Shown here: one piece after another, positions 49,154 to 59,534 of the stretch
Layout: every line of letters starts with the position of its first letter
Numbering within the stretch: the stretch's first letter is position 1
NCBI GenBank assembly: GCA_963751335.1
Contig: CAVVUB010000001.1
Coordinates: 325,704-389,703, forward strand
DNA length: 64,000 nt
Reading direction: 5' to 3'
Source: an uncultured Acidimicrobiaceae bacterium
Lineage (GTDB): Bacteria > Actinomycetota > Acidimicrobiia > Acidimicrobiales > RAAP-2
Notes under the pieces: model-generated
What the model saw: only the letters and a program-made list of their open reading frames with translations
Databases searched by the model: none
What the model was told of the DNA's origin: nothing
Program-made: the position numbers and the translations under genes

Positions 49154-51124
49154 TCAGCCCGGCGGGAGCGCGCCGAGGTCACCCGCGTCGCCGGAAGCGG
49201 CGAGGCTGACACAGTCGCTCACCCGGAGCGTGGCCACCGGGTGGTCGGGCTGGCCCGGGGCCAGTCCGGCGCACTGGTCCAGCGCAACGCCCTGCACTCG
49301 GTAGGCCGCTTGGCGCGCCAGACCCGCCCCGACGTGTTCCCAGACCCAGGCCCCGGCCTGGAGAGTCGGTGGGCGGCCCAGAGCTGCCGTCATGAAGGCG
49401 GCGGCGAAGGCGGGGTCGCGGCCGCGTAAAGTCGGCGGCGCCGCCGTTTCGGGCGCGATGACCACGGTGGTGACGTGCCACACCCCCAGCGCCCGGCGCA
49501 CGGCGGCGTACTGGGCCGGCGTCCCGCCAGGCTCCGGCAGGCCCACCCCGAAGTGGAGGTGCTTGAGCACCGCGACGCCCGCCTCGGCTGCGCCGGCCCG
49601 ATTCTCCTGGTCCTGGGGCCCGCCACCGCCCGCCTGGCTGTAGTGCATCTCGTTGACGGCCTGCCAGGACAGGGCGGACTCCAACCCCGAGTAGGGCGTC
49701 GGGAAGGACAACAGGACCCGGTCCGGGGGCAGGGTCGGGGCGACGTCGCGATACCACGCGGGCAGGGTCACCTGTTCCATGGTGAAGGGCAGGCGCGCCC
49801 CGAAAAGGATCGCCATGGGCGCGAGGGCGACCCCGGTCACCGCGAGCGCGCCGACCGCGCCCCGCCAGTCCGGCGCGACCCGGTGCACGTGGTCCAGGAT
49901 GACCGCCAACATGACGGCGGCGGCGAGGAAACCGAAGGCCATGAAGCGTTGCTCGATCACGTTCTCGATCACGGGGATCTTCTCGAAGACCTGGGCGGGT
50001 TCCCATTGCCCCGGGCGCGGCAGCAGCGAACAGGCGACGCACACCGCGAGCGTGAAGCCGAAGAACCACAGGCGCCTGTCCCGCCAATAGGCCACGGAGC
50101 CGGCGACGAGGACGGCCAGAAAGCTCCAGCCCAGGTAGGTCGACGAGGCCAGCGGGGCACCCTGGTAGCCGCTGAGCGCCAGGAAGACGATCTTCGCGGA
50201 CGGGTCGGCCGTCGTCACGAAGCTCGACGGGAGGAAACCGCCGAGCTTCGCCAGGTTGGGCCAGACCAATCCCGAGAGGTGAGCCGGGCCGGCGAGTGCG
50301 AACCACATCGGCCAGGCGAGCAACACGGCAGCGACGGCGAGGCCGATGCCCAGTGCCCTGGCGGCATGGGGGGCCCTCTGCCGCACTCCGTCCCGGTCGG
50401 TCACCAGGGTGGCGGCCACCAGGGCGACGATGCACACGACGATGACGACGACCGCGACCGCCAACAGTTCGGTGGAAATGAAGAATTGCGCGAACACGAG
50501 AAGGCCCAAGAGGACTCCCGCCCAGAGCGAGCTGTGGCGCTGGCGGATCAGGATCTCGTCGAGGACGGCCAGGATGAGGGGCAACAGCATGAGCGCCGCC
50601 GTCATGAGGTGGGCGAACTGGAGATTCGACAGGACGAACGGGGAGAAGCCGAAGAGCAGCCCACCGACGAAGGCAGCCGGAGTCCACGGAGCCCAGCGCC
50701 GGATCACGACGAAGGCGGTGAAGGCGGTCAGCGCCGGCGCCACCGTGGAGGCGACGTTGAGCGACGCGACCGGGCCCCAGATCCACGTGACGGGCACGAG
50801 CGGGATGCTGAGCCCCGTCACCGAGGTCTGGGCCAGCAGGTTGATGCCGCCCGGGTGGAAGAGTGCTGTGGAGAAGAACGGGTTCTGCCCGTGGGCCAGG
50901 GCCGTGGCGGGCCACTGGAAGAACCAGAGGAACAGGGCCGGGTCCCCGCAACCGCACAGGGTGTGCGTGGACGCTCCCTGGGTCCAGGCGTGCACCCACA
51001 GCACGAACCCGACTGCGAGATAGATCGCGCCCGCGCCGGCGAGGGTCATCCACGGGCGCCACCGCCACGCCCGGCTCGCCGCGTGTTCAGCCAGCGTCGA
51101 GTGTGCCCGCAGTGGCGGCGGCAC
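49154..51124 (-). CDS. Large polytopic membrane protein, family not recognised (GT-C-like architecture)
   Basis: Intact 656-aa ORF (an alternative start MTLAGAG lies at 51049). About 12 N-terminal TM helices with an acidic first loop (..LCGCGDPALFLWFFQWP..QNPFFSTALFHPGGINL..) are followed by a soluble C-terminal domain of about 170 aa. Confidence 0.6.
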   Translation of the reverse strand: MPPPLRAHSTLAEHAASRAWRWRPWMTLAGAGAIYLAVGFVLWVHAWTQGASTHTLCGCGDPALFLWFFQWPATALAHGQNPFFSTALFHPGGINLLAQTSVTGLSIPLVPVTWIWGPVASLNVASTVAPALTAFTAFVVIRRWAPWTPAAFVGGLLFGFSPFVLSNLQFAHLMTAALMLLPLILAVLDEILIRQRHSSLWAGVLLGLLVFAQFFISTELLAVAVVVIVVCIVALVAATLVTDRDGVRQRAPHAARALGIGLAVAAVLLAWPMWFALAGPAHLSGLVWPNLAKLGGFLPSSFVTTADPSAKIVFLALSGYQGAPLASSTYLGWSFLAVLVAGSVAYWRDRRLWFFGFTLAVCVACSLLPRPGQWEPAQVFEKIPVIENVIEQRFMAFGFLAAAVMLAVILDHVHRVAPDWRGAVGALAVTGVALAPMAILFGARLPFTMEQVTLPAWYRDVAPTLPPDRVLLSFPTPYSGLESALSWQAVNEMHYSQAGGGGPQDQENRAGAAEAGVAVLKHLHFGVGLPEPGGTPAQYAAVRRALGVWHVTTVVIAPETAAPPTLRGRDPAFAAAFMTAALGRPPTLQAGAWVWEHVGAGLARQAAYRVQGVALDQCAGLAPGQPDHPVATLRVSDCVSLAASGDAGDLGALPPG

Positions 51125-52577
51125 GCCGCGGCAGCACCGGGGCGTCGCGTCCGGTCGACCCCGCCTCGTGGTACTCCTCCTCGACGTTCACCGTCCACAC
51201 GTCGTGGTCGGCTCCGAAGATGTTCTCGACCGTCAGCATCGCGGTGTACATCGAGTGATCCTGGTTGTTGTACTTGTGCATGCCGTTGCGGCCCACCGGG
51301 TGGATGTTGGGGGCCTCGGCCTCGATCCACTTGCGGATCGTGTTGACGTTGTCCTTGTAGGCGAAGTCGTAGTACGGGTACGCCTTGGGCACGCGCACGA
51401 CGTAGCCGTGCTCCACGTCGCCGGGGGCGGCCAGGCCGAGCGAGATCAGCTCCTTGGTGGCCAGCGCGATGAGGTCGTCGTCGGGCGTGTTCCACATGGC
51501 ATCGCCCTCGAAGACGAAGTACTCGAGGCCGAGGCAGGTGCGCCCGTCCTTGACCAGGTAGGGCGACCAGGAGCCGTAGTTCTGGATGCGCCCGACCTCG
51601 ACGTCGGTGGCGTGGATGTAGATCCAGTTGTCGGGGAAGCTGCGCGACTCGGGCACGACGAGCGCGACGGTGAGGTAGTCGCGGTAGTGCAGGTCGTCGG
51701 CCGCCGCCGTCACCTCGAGCGGAGGGGGCGGCGTGATGGTGTGCACCAGCTCGCGCATGGGCATGGTCGAGATCACGTGCGAGGCCGGCGACGGTGTGCG
51801 TCGGTCCCGTCCTGCGTGTAGGTGACCGAGCGGGCCCGCCCACCGACCACGTTGATGCCGGTCAGCCGGGCCGACATCTCCAGGGTCCCCCCGGCGGCCT
51901 GCACCTTCTCGGCGCAGACCTCCCACATCATCCCGGGCCCGAACTTGGGGTACTGGAACTCCTCGATGAGGGTCGTGATCTCGGTCTGGCCCCGCTTGGG
52001 CAGGATGCGCATTGAGCACCGCCTTGCCCAGATCGAGGTTCTTGACCCGCTGGGCGGCCCAGTCGGCGGGCATCTCCGAGACGGGCACACCCCACACCTT
52101 CTCGGTGTAGGTCTTGAAGAAGGTCCGGTAGAGGCGCCAGCCGAAGCGTTTGACCAGCCAGTTCTCGTAGTTGGACTCGTCCTCGGGCGGGCGGATCCGG
52201 GCCCAGAGGTAGGAGAAGCCGCAGAGGATGGCCTCCCAGAGGCCCAGGTTGCGCAGGGCGTTGAGCGCCTTGAGCGGGTAGTCGTAGAACTTGCCCTGGT
52301 AGAAGATCCGGCTCATGCGGGGCCGCAGCATGAAGTCGCCCTCGGGCAGGATCTCGTGCCAGAGCGCCTCCACCTCGGGCACCTTGGTGAAGAAGCGGTG
52401 GCCGCCCAGGTCGAAGCGCCAGCCGTCCTTGAGCACGGTGCGGCTGATCCCGCCGACGACGTCGTCCGCCTCGAGCACGACGGGGTGCGCTCCCCGCTTG
52501 GTGAGCAGGTAGGCGGCGGTCAGGCCACCGGGGCCCGCGCCGGCGATGACGACCGGTTCGCCCTCTGCTGCAGCCAC
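51087..52577 (-). pseudogene. NAD(P)/FAD-dependent oxidoreductase (amine-oxidase / UDP-galactopyranose-mutase-like) with an internally out-of-frame segment
   Basis: The N-terminus reads VVIAGAGPGGLTAAY..LEADDVVGGISRT. The C-terminus reads ..YPYYDFAYKDN..GRNGMHKYNNQDHSM. About 95 central codons are Arg/Pro nonsense, while the neighbouring frame (ORF 51773-52090) reads ILPKRGQTEITTLIEEFQYPKFGPGMMWE... Confidence 0.75.
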
Positions 52578-52675
52578 GATCGGGCCAGGTTAGCGGACCC
52601 CCTGGTTAGCCCTCTGGGAGCCTCCGGGCCTGCTCGGGGTGGCCGGGCGCCGGCCCGGCCCCGCGGGCGCGGGAA

Positions 52676-53914
52676 TCAGGGCACCGAGATGTTGAGGAAG
52701 GCCAGCAGGGAGTAGCCGGCCAGGCCGGCCGCCAGCAGGGTGAGCACGGTCCGCTCGAGCTGCGGCTCGCCCAGGACGAAGGCGGCCGCCCATGGAGAGC
52801 GGGAAGGCGCTCATGGCGTAGCGCTCGAAGGAATCGAGGTTGGAGCCGGACAGGGCGACGGCCAGCACCCCGGCCGCGAAGAGGGTGTAGGGGGCCGGGA
52901 GGCGGCGCCAGCAGACGACCAGCATGGCCAGGGCCAGCAGCACCCAGGGCACGTGCAGGGCGGTGCCGACATGGTGGTGCAGCAGCCCGCGGGCGTCGTG
53001 GAACAGCTCGGTGACCGGGTCGGTCAACCCCGCCGTGATGGGCGTTCTCGGCCTGCACCCGCAACGGGGCCAGCCAGTCCCCCACCTCGCGGTCGGCCCA
53101 GGCCCCGAAGGCGAGCAGGCCGACGAAGGGCGCGGCCGACGGCGCCGATGCCCGGCGACGCGCTCGGAGCGTCCGAGGCGGGTCCACCAGCGCACCAGCT
53201 CGGCCAGGACGGCCAGGACGAGGAGCAACCCGATGGGCCGGGTCAGCGCGGCCAGGAAGACCAGGCCGGCGGCCAGGGCGAAGTGGGGCCGGGCCCTCGA
53301 CGCGGTCGGGTCGGCGGGCGCAGGGCCAGGAAGCAGCCGACGGCGAGGAGCAGGAGGACCGACTCGGCGTACCCCATGACGAGCACGAAGGAGGCGGGCA
53401 GCAGGCTGAGGATCCAGACGGTGCGCCGGGCCCGGGCCGGCTCGCCGAGCTCGCGCCGGACCAGGACGTAGAGCAGGGCGGTGGCGGCCAGCGCGGCCGC
53501 GTTGGCCAGCAGCACGAGCGCCGGGCCGTCGCCGAGACCCGGGATCCAGGCCAGCCCGTGGGTGAGCAGCGGGCACGAGCGGGAAGAAGCGCAGCGACTG
53601 AGGTGCCCAGCGGCTGGTAGCCGACGCCGGGCGATGCTCTCGTACCAGCCGGCGTCCCAGCCGAGCAGGCCCTGGTGCACCCGGAGCACGGTGGCCCCGT
53701 TGGCCGGATGGGTCCGGTCCACCACGAAGTGGGCCAGGCCGAGCGCACCCAGGACGACGACCCGGGCCACGACGAAGGGGAGGAGTGCCTCGCGCAGCGA
53801 CTCGGGCAGGCGGTCCCAGAGCCGCACGAGCGACGCCGCGGGCACGGGCCGGACCGGGGCCTCGGCGCCGGCCTCGGCCGGACCGACCTGGGCTGGCCCA
53901 GCGCTCCCCGTCAT
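52676..53914 (-). pseudogene. PIG-V-like (GT76-type) membrane mannosyltransferase with about 6 frame breaks
   Basis: ..LLGWDAGWYESIARR / GYQPLGTSVAA / LRFFPLVP / LLTHGLAWIPG.. is read across three frames. The tail ..SFERYAMSAFPLSMAAAFVLGE..LLAFLNISVP* gives the stop at 52676. Confidence 0.6.
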
Positions 53915-53926
53915 GGCCTCACGATG

Positions 53927-55543
53927 TCACGAACCGACGAAGACGAACTCGGTCAGGTTCATGGGCTCGTAGAAGAGCGCCGGCCGGTTGACGCACGAAG
54001 TTGCGGGCGCCGCCGCCGCTCTGGGTGGCCAGCGTGCTCAGGTTCGGCGGCGATCTGTCTCGCACCTGATGCCGTAGGTCTGGTAGCCGGGCTGCCAGAC
54101 CAACCACACCGTGTGCGAGCCGCGCCTTGTGGGCCACGAAGTCGGCGAAGGCCGCCGGGCTGGCCCCGTGGACCGTCTTGGCGTAGTCGACCCAGTCGAC
54201 GATGGCCGGACCGGTGCGGCGGGGATAGGTGAGCATGTCGTAACTGCGAGCTGTGTCGTCCACCTGGCGGTAGACCGACGGGCCGAGCTGGTCGGGGCAG
54301 AAGGCGACGACGTCGCCCGCCTTGGCGTGCGTGTTGATGGCCGCCGCCACCTGGCCGGCCTGGGTGCGCTGGGTCGTGACGTTCTGCGCCGAGGACACGA
54401 GCCCGGCGATCACGGCCACGCCCACCACGGCCGCCCGCACCTTGGGGTCGAGCAGCGTGGTGGTGCCCAGCGCGATGACGAGCAGCAGCGGCAGGAAGAC
54501 CACGGCGGCGTAGCGCGACGAGAACGCGCTGCGGGTGAGGATGCCGCCGGCGATGGCGGCGAAGAGGGTGCCGACCACGATGAAGGTGGCGCCGCGCGAG
54601 CGCGGTCGGGTGTGCAGGTCGAGTTCGATGATGCGATCGGATCTTGCCCAACCCGAAGAGGGCAAGGGCGAGCATGGCGAAGTAGACGACGGCGAGCAGA
54701 CGACCCTGGTCGGTGCCGCTCGGCTGAGGTCGAACCCTGGTTGTCGGTGAAGCCGGTGACCGCGTTGATGACGGCGGAGAAGTTCGGCGGCGCGGCCCAG
54801 GGCGTCGCCGTGTGCTGCGACTGGTAGATGAACGTGGGCACCCAGGGCAGGAAGAGGACGCCGCCCACCGACGAGAGCGAGGAAGGCGGGCACCGGCGCG
54901 GTCGAGGCAGCTGCCCGTGGCGCCGGTCGCGCACAATGGGGACGAGCAGCCACAGCCCGGTCACGCCGACCAGGTAGAGCGACCAGTACTGGGTGTAGAG
55001 AAGCGCAGCAGCCACGACGGCCACCGCGATCAGGTTGCCCGGCCGCGGCGCCTCGATGGCCCGCTGCAAGGCCAGGAAGCCGAGGCCGGTCACGAGGATG
55101 ACCAGCGCGTACATGCGGGCCTCGGTGCCGTAGTAGACGGCGAAGGGTGCGCTGGCCAGCAGCACGAGGGTGGTCCAGGCCACGGCCCGGCCGCCGAAGC
55201 GCTTCCCGCAGAGCCAGGCGACGGGCAGGGTCAGGACGGCGATGATGCCCGAGAGGGCGCGGACGGCGTCGTTGGACTGGCCGAAGAGGGCGATCCAGAA
55301 GTGGAGGAGGTAGTAGTAGAGCGGCGGCGCCCCGTCGTGCTTGAGCGCCTCGGGAATGGCGTGCAGGGGCAGGCGGGCGATGTCGACGGTGAGCGCCTCG
55401 TCGAGCCAGAGGCCGGAGCGGGTCCAGAAACGGAGCACCAACCCGACCGCCACCACGAGCACCACGCCCACCGCCGGCGACGCAGGCGCGTGCGACCGGT
55501 GAGAGCGGGAACCTCCTCTGGCATGGGGCGCATGGTAGGACAA
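53927..55543 (-). pseudogene. GT-C glycosyltransferase (family 39/83-like) with multiple frame breaks
   Basis: The N-terminus reads ..LWLDEALTVDIARLPLHAIPEALKHDGAPPLYYYLLHFWIALFG... The tail is reconstructed across frames as ..VWLVWQPGYQTYGIRCE/QIAAE/LSTLATQSGGGARNFV/..PALFYEPMNLTEFVFVGS*. Confidence 0.65.
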
Positions 55544-55632
55544 GGGGGTCGCGGTCTAGGATCATCCGCCGCCGAGGCGGGGCTGCGACCCCGGGGGGAC
55601 CGGGCGGGACCGAGGGGGGGAAAGAAGCAGAC

Positions 55633-56580
55633 GTGGGCCGTTACATCGCCAAGAGAGTCGTGCTCCTCGTCATCATCATCATCTTCGTCTCCATCGCCAC
55701 GTTCTTCCTCGTCCATCTGCTCCCCGGCAACCCCGCCATCACCATCCTCGGCCCCAACGCCACGCCGCAGAACCTGGCCACGGTCAACGCGCAGCTCGGA
55801 CTGGACAAGCCGCTCTGGCAGCAGTACTTCATCTGGCTCGGTCACGTCTTCCAGGGCAACCTGGGCCAGTCGTACACGACGCACCAGTCGACGACGACCA
55901 TCATCGCCCAGTCCTTCCCCATCGACCTCGAGCTGATCATCTTCTCGCAGATCCTGGCCTTCGCCATCGCCTTCCCCATGGCGATGCACGCGGCGCGCAA
56001 GCCCAACCGGCTCTTCGACCAGGCCGCCAACAGCACGACGTTCGCCATGCTGGCGCTACCCCCGTTCGTCATCGCGCCGGTGCTCGTGCTCCTCTTCGCC
56101 GTGCACTGGCACGTCTTCCCGGGCCCGGCGTCGTACGTTCCGCTGACCCAGGACTTCTGGTCCAACATCCATACGATGTTGTTACCGTCGATCGTGCTCG
56201 CGCTGGGTGGGATCGTCGTCTACTTCCGATTGCTGCGCAACGACCTCATCTCGACCTTGCAAGAGGACTTCATCACCATGGCCCGCTCGAAGGGCTTGAG
56301 CGACCGCCGCATCATGTGGCGCCACGCCCTGCGACCGTCGTCCATTTCGCTGCTGGCCTCGGCCGGCGTCACCATCGGCAGCCTGATCGCCGGCACCTTC
56401 ATCGTCGAGCTGCTGCTGCAGATGCCCGGGCTCGGGTACCAGCTCATCTCCGCCGTGAACCAGGACGACTACACGGTGGTGCAGGGCATCACCCTCTTCG
56501 TGGCCGTGGCCATCGTGCTGATCAACTTCATCTTCGACTTCCTGTTCACCATCGTCGACCCGAGGATCGCCCGTGAGTAG
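55633..56580 (+). CDS. ABC transporter permease (DppB/OppB type)
   Basis: Intact 315 aa: MGRYIAKRVVLLVIIIIFVSIATFFLVHLLPGNP.. plus the EAA-type loop ..FITMARSKGLSDRRIMWRHALRPS. Confidence 0.9.
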   Translation: MGRYIAKRVVLLVIIIIFVSIATFFLVHLLPGNPAITILGPNATPQNLATVNAQLGLDKPLWQQYFIWLGHVFQGNLGQSYTTHQSTTTIIAQSFPIDLELIIFSQILAFAIAFPMAMHAARKPNRLFDQAANSTTFAMLALPPFVIAPVLVLLFAVHWHVFPGPASYVPLTQDFWSNIHTMLLPSIVLALGGIVVYFRLLRNDLISTLQEDFITMARSKGLSDRRIMWRHALRPSSISLLASAGVTIGSLIAGTFIVELLLQMPGLGYQLISAVNQDDYTVVQGITLFVAVAIVLINFIFDFLFTIVDPRIARE

Positions 56581-57490
56581 CGTCGCCATCGAATCCGAGG
56601 CCTTCGCCGACCTCAAGGAGGAGGTCGTCGCCGACGAGGCGGCGGAGCCCACCAAGAAGAAGCTCGGGGATCCTCTTCTGGATCTGCGTGGGCTTCATCG
56701 TCCTCGTCGCCGTCCTGGCCACCTTCGCCAACCTGCTGCCGCTGCCCAACCCCGACCTGGGGAACTACAACAGCGTGCAGAACGGCGGCCCGGGCTGGGG
56801 CCACCTGCTCGGCACCGACGACCTCTACCGCGACATCTTGAGCCGCCTCGATCTACGGGGCCCGGGTGTCGCTGGTCGTCGGCTTCGGCGGCGCGCTGCT
56901 CGGCCTGATCATCGGGGGCATCCCGGCCATGATCTCGGCCTACCGGCGGGGACGGATCGACACCGTCCTCAACACCACCTCCTACGTGGTGCTGGCCTTC
57001 CCGGCCATCGTGGCCGTCATCGCCATCGTCTCCTTCTGGGGCCACAGCCTCTGGAAGATCACGCTCATCATCGGCGTCTTCGGCGCCCCGCTCATCTTCC
57101 GGGTGGTGCGGGCCTCCACCTCTCAGCTACGCCACCCGCGACTTCGTGCTGGCGGCCAAGGCGCTCGGGGCCAGCGACACCCGCATCCTGACCCGGGAGA
57201 TCCTGCCCAACATCATGCCGACGGTCGTCTCCTTCGGCCTGATCGCGGTGGCCACGATCATCGTCCTGGAGGGCTCGCTGGCCTTCCTCGGGCTCTCGGT
57301 GCAGCCGCCCACGCCGAGTTGGGGGAACATGCTCAACGAGGGAGCCAGCCTGCTGACCGGGGCCAAGGGGCAGACCAACCCGTGGCTGGTCATCTTCCCG
57401 GCCACCGCGATGTTCCTCCTCCTCATCAGCCTCAACATCGTGGCGGACAAGCTCAGGGCCTACTTCGACGTGACCGAGATCAAGCTGTGA
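56573..57490 (+). pseudogene. ABC transporter permease (DppC/OppC type) with three frame breaks
   Basis: Pieces read ..GHLLGTDDLYRDILSRL.., ..SLVVGFGGALLGLIIG.. and ..LAAKALGASDTRILTREILPNIMPTV..LLISLNIVADKLR. The frame ladder 2-0-1-2 gives 918 nt = 3n+3. Confidence 0.85.
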
Positions 57491-59510
57491 GCACCGAGCA
57501 GGACGTCACGGCCGAACCCGCTGCTGGCGGTCGAGGACCTGCACGTCTCCTTCGCCACCTCGCGTGGCCCGCTGCGGGCCGTCCAGGGCGTGTCCTTCAC
57601 GCTCGACCAGGGCAAGACGCTCGGCATCGTCGGCGAGTCGGGCTCGGGCAAGACGGTGCTGTCGCGCGGCGATCATGGGCCTCCTCCCCATGGCGTCGAC
57701 CACCCAGACCGGATCGGTGCGCTACGCCGGCCAGGAGATCCTCAACGCCCCGGCCAACCAGCTTCGCAAGCTCTGGAGCACCCACATCGCCATGGTCTTC
57801 CAGGACCCCATGACGTCGCTCAACCCGGTGCAGCGCATCGGCAACCAGATCATGGAACCGCTGCGCATCCACCTCAAGCTGCCCAAGTCCGAGGCCAAGG
57901 AGACCGCCCTCTCCCTGCTCATGCAGGTGGGCATCCCCTCCCCCGTCGAGCGCTTCGAGGCCTACCCGGCCCAGCTCTCGGGAGGCATGCGCCAGCGCGT
58001 CATGATCGCCATCGCGCTGGCCTGCGCCCCCCGCCTCCTCATGGCCGACGAGCCGACCACCGGCCTCGACGTCACCGTGCAGGCCCAGATCCTCGACCTG
58101 CTGGGCAAGCTCCAGCACGAGCGCAACATGTCCATGATCCTGGTCACCCACGACCTGGGCGTCGTGGCCACGCGCACCGACGAGATCATCGTGATGTACG
58201 CGGGCAACGTGGTGGAGAAGGCGCCCACCAACGTCCTCTTCAAGAGCATGGCCATGCCCTACACCGAAGCGCTGCTCCACTCGACACCGCGCCTGAGCAA
58301 CCCGAGCCACACCCGGCTCAGCGCCATCGACGGGCGGCCGCCCGACCTGCTGCGCCCGCCGGTCGGCTGCCCCTTCGCCCCCCGCTGCCCCTACGCCCAG
58401 GACAAGTGCCGGGCCGAGAAGCCGCCGCTGGTCGAAGCCGAGCCCGGCCACAGCTACGCCTGCTGGTTCCCGCTCAACGAGGCGGCCCGCACCGCACGAG
58501 GTGGCGACGGCGTGACCGACACCGCACTCGAGCACGTCCGGACGATCTCGACCGAGCCCCTGCTGCGGGTCGAGGACCTCCACGTCACCTTCCGCCGGGG
58601 CAACACCGCCGTGCAGGCGGTGGCCGGCATCAGCTTCTCCCTGCGCAAGGGCGAGACACTCGGGCTCGTCGGTGAGTCGGGCTGCGGCAAGTCGACCACC
58701 GGCCGGGCCATCGTCCAGGTCGAGCGGGCCACCTCGGGCACCATCCGCTTCGGCGACACCGAGCTGACCACGATGAGCCGGGGCGACCTGCGCACGCTGC
58801 GCACCCAGGTGCAGATGATCTTCCAGGACCCGATCTCGTCGCTCAACCCGCGGCGCAGGGTGCGCGACATCGTGTCCGAGCCGCTCGTCATCTGGAAGAT
58901 GGGGAACAAGGAGGAGCGGGCGGCCAAGGCCGACGCCATGCTCGACCAGGTCGGCATCGATCCCGCCGCTCAACGGCAGCCGCCGGCCCCGCGAGTTCTC
59001 GGGCGGCCAGTGCCAGCGCATCAGCATCGCCCGGGCCCTGGTGCTGCAGCCCAAGCTCCTGGTCTGCGACGAGATCGTCTCGGCCCTCGACGTGTCGGTG
59101 CAGGCCCAGATCCTCAACCTGCTCGAGGACCTCAAGCAGGAGCTCGGGCCTGACCATCCTCTTCATCGCCCACGACCTGGCCGTGGTGAAGAACGTGAGC
59201 GACCGGGTGGCCGTCATGTACCTGGGCCGGCTCTGCGAGATCGCCCCGTCGGACCTGCTCTACCAGGCACCGGCCCACCACTACACGGCCGCGCTCCTGG
59301 CCTCGGCGGTCGAGCCCGACCCGCGAGGCGACGCGGACGTCCGTGGTGGCCCTGTCCGGCGAACCGCCGAGCCCGATCAACCCGCCCTCGGGCTGCCGCT
59401 TCCGCACCCGCTGCCCGCGGGCCGAGGCGCGCTGCGCCGAGGAGGTGCCCGAAATGCGCGACCTGGCGCCGGGCCACCAGGTGGCCTGCCACTTCCCCAT
59501 CGGCTCTTGA
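57487..59510 (+). pseudogene. Fused double ATP-binding protein (DppD-DppF type, two ABC modules) with five frame breaks
   Basis: Module 1 has [18 protein letters not shown] and ADEPTTGLD. Module 2 has GESGCGKST, ..CDEIVSALD.. and a C-terminal oligopeptide-ATPase tail [15 protein letters not shown]. The frame ladder 1-2-0-1-2-0 gives 2024 nt = 3n+5. Confidence 0.85.
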
Positions 59511-59534
59511 GCCCGCCGCCGGTCGCCGGGCCGG

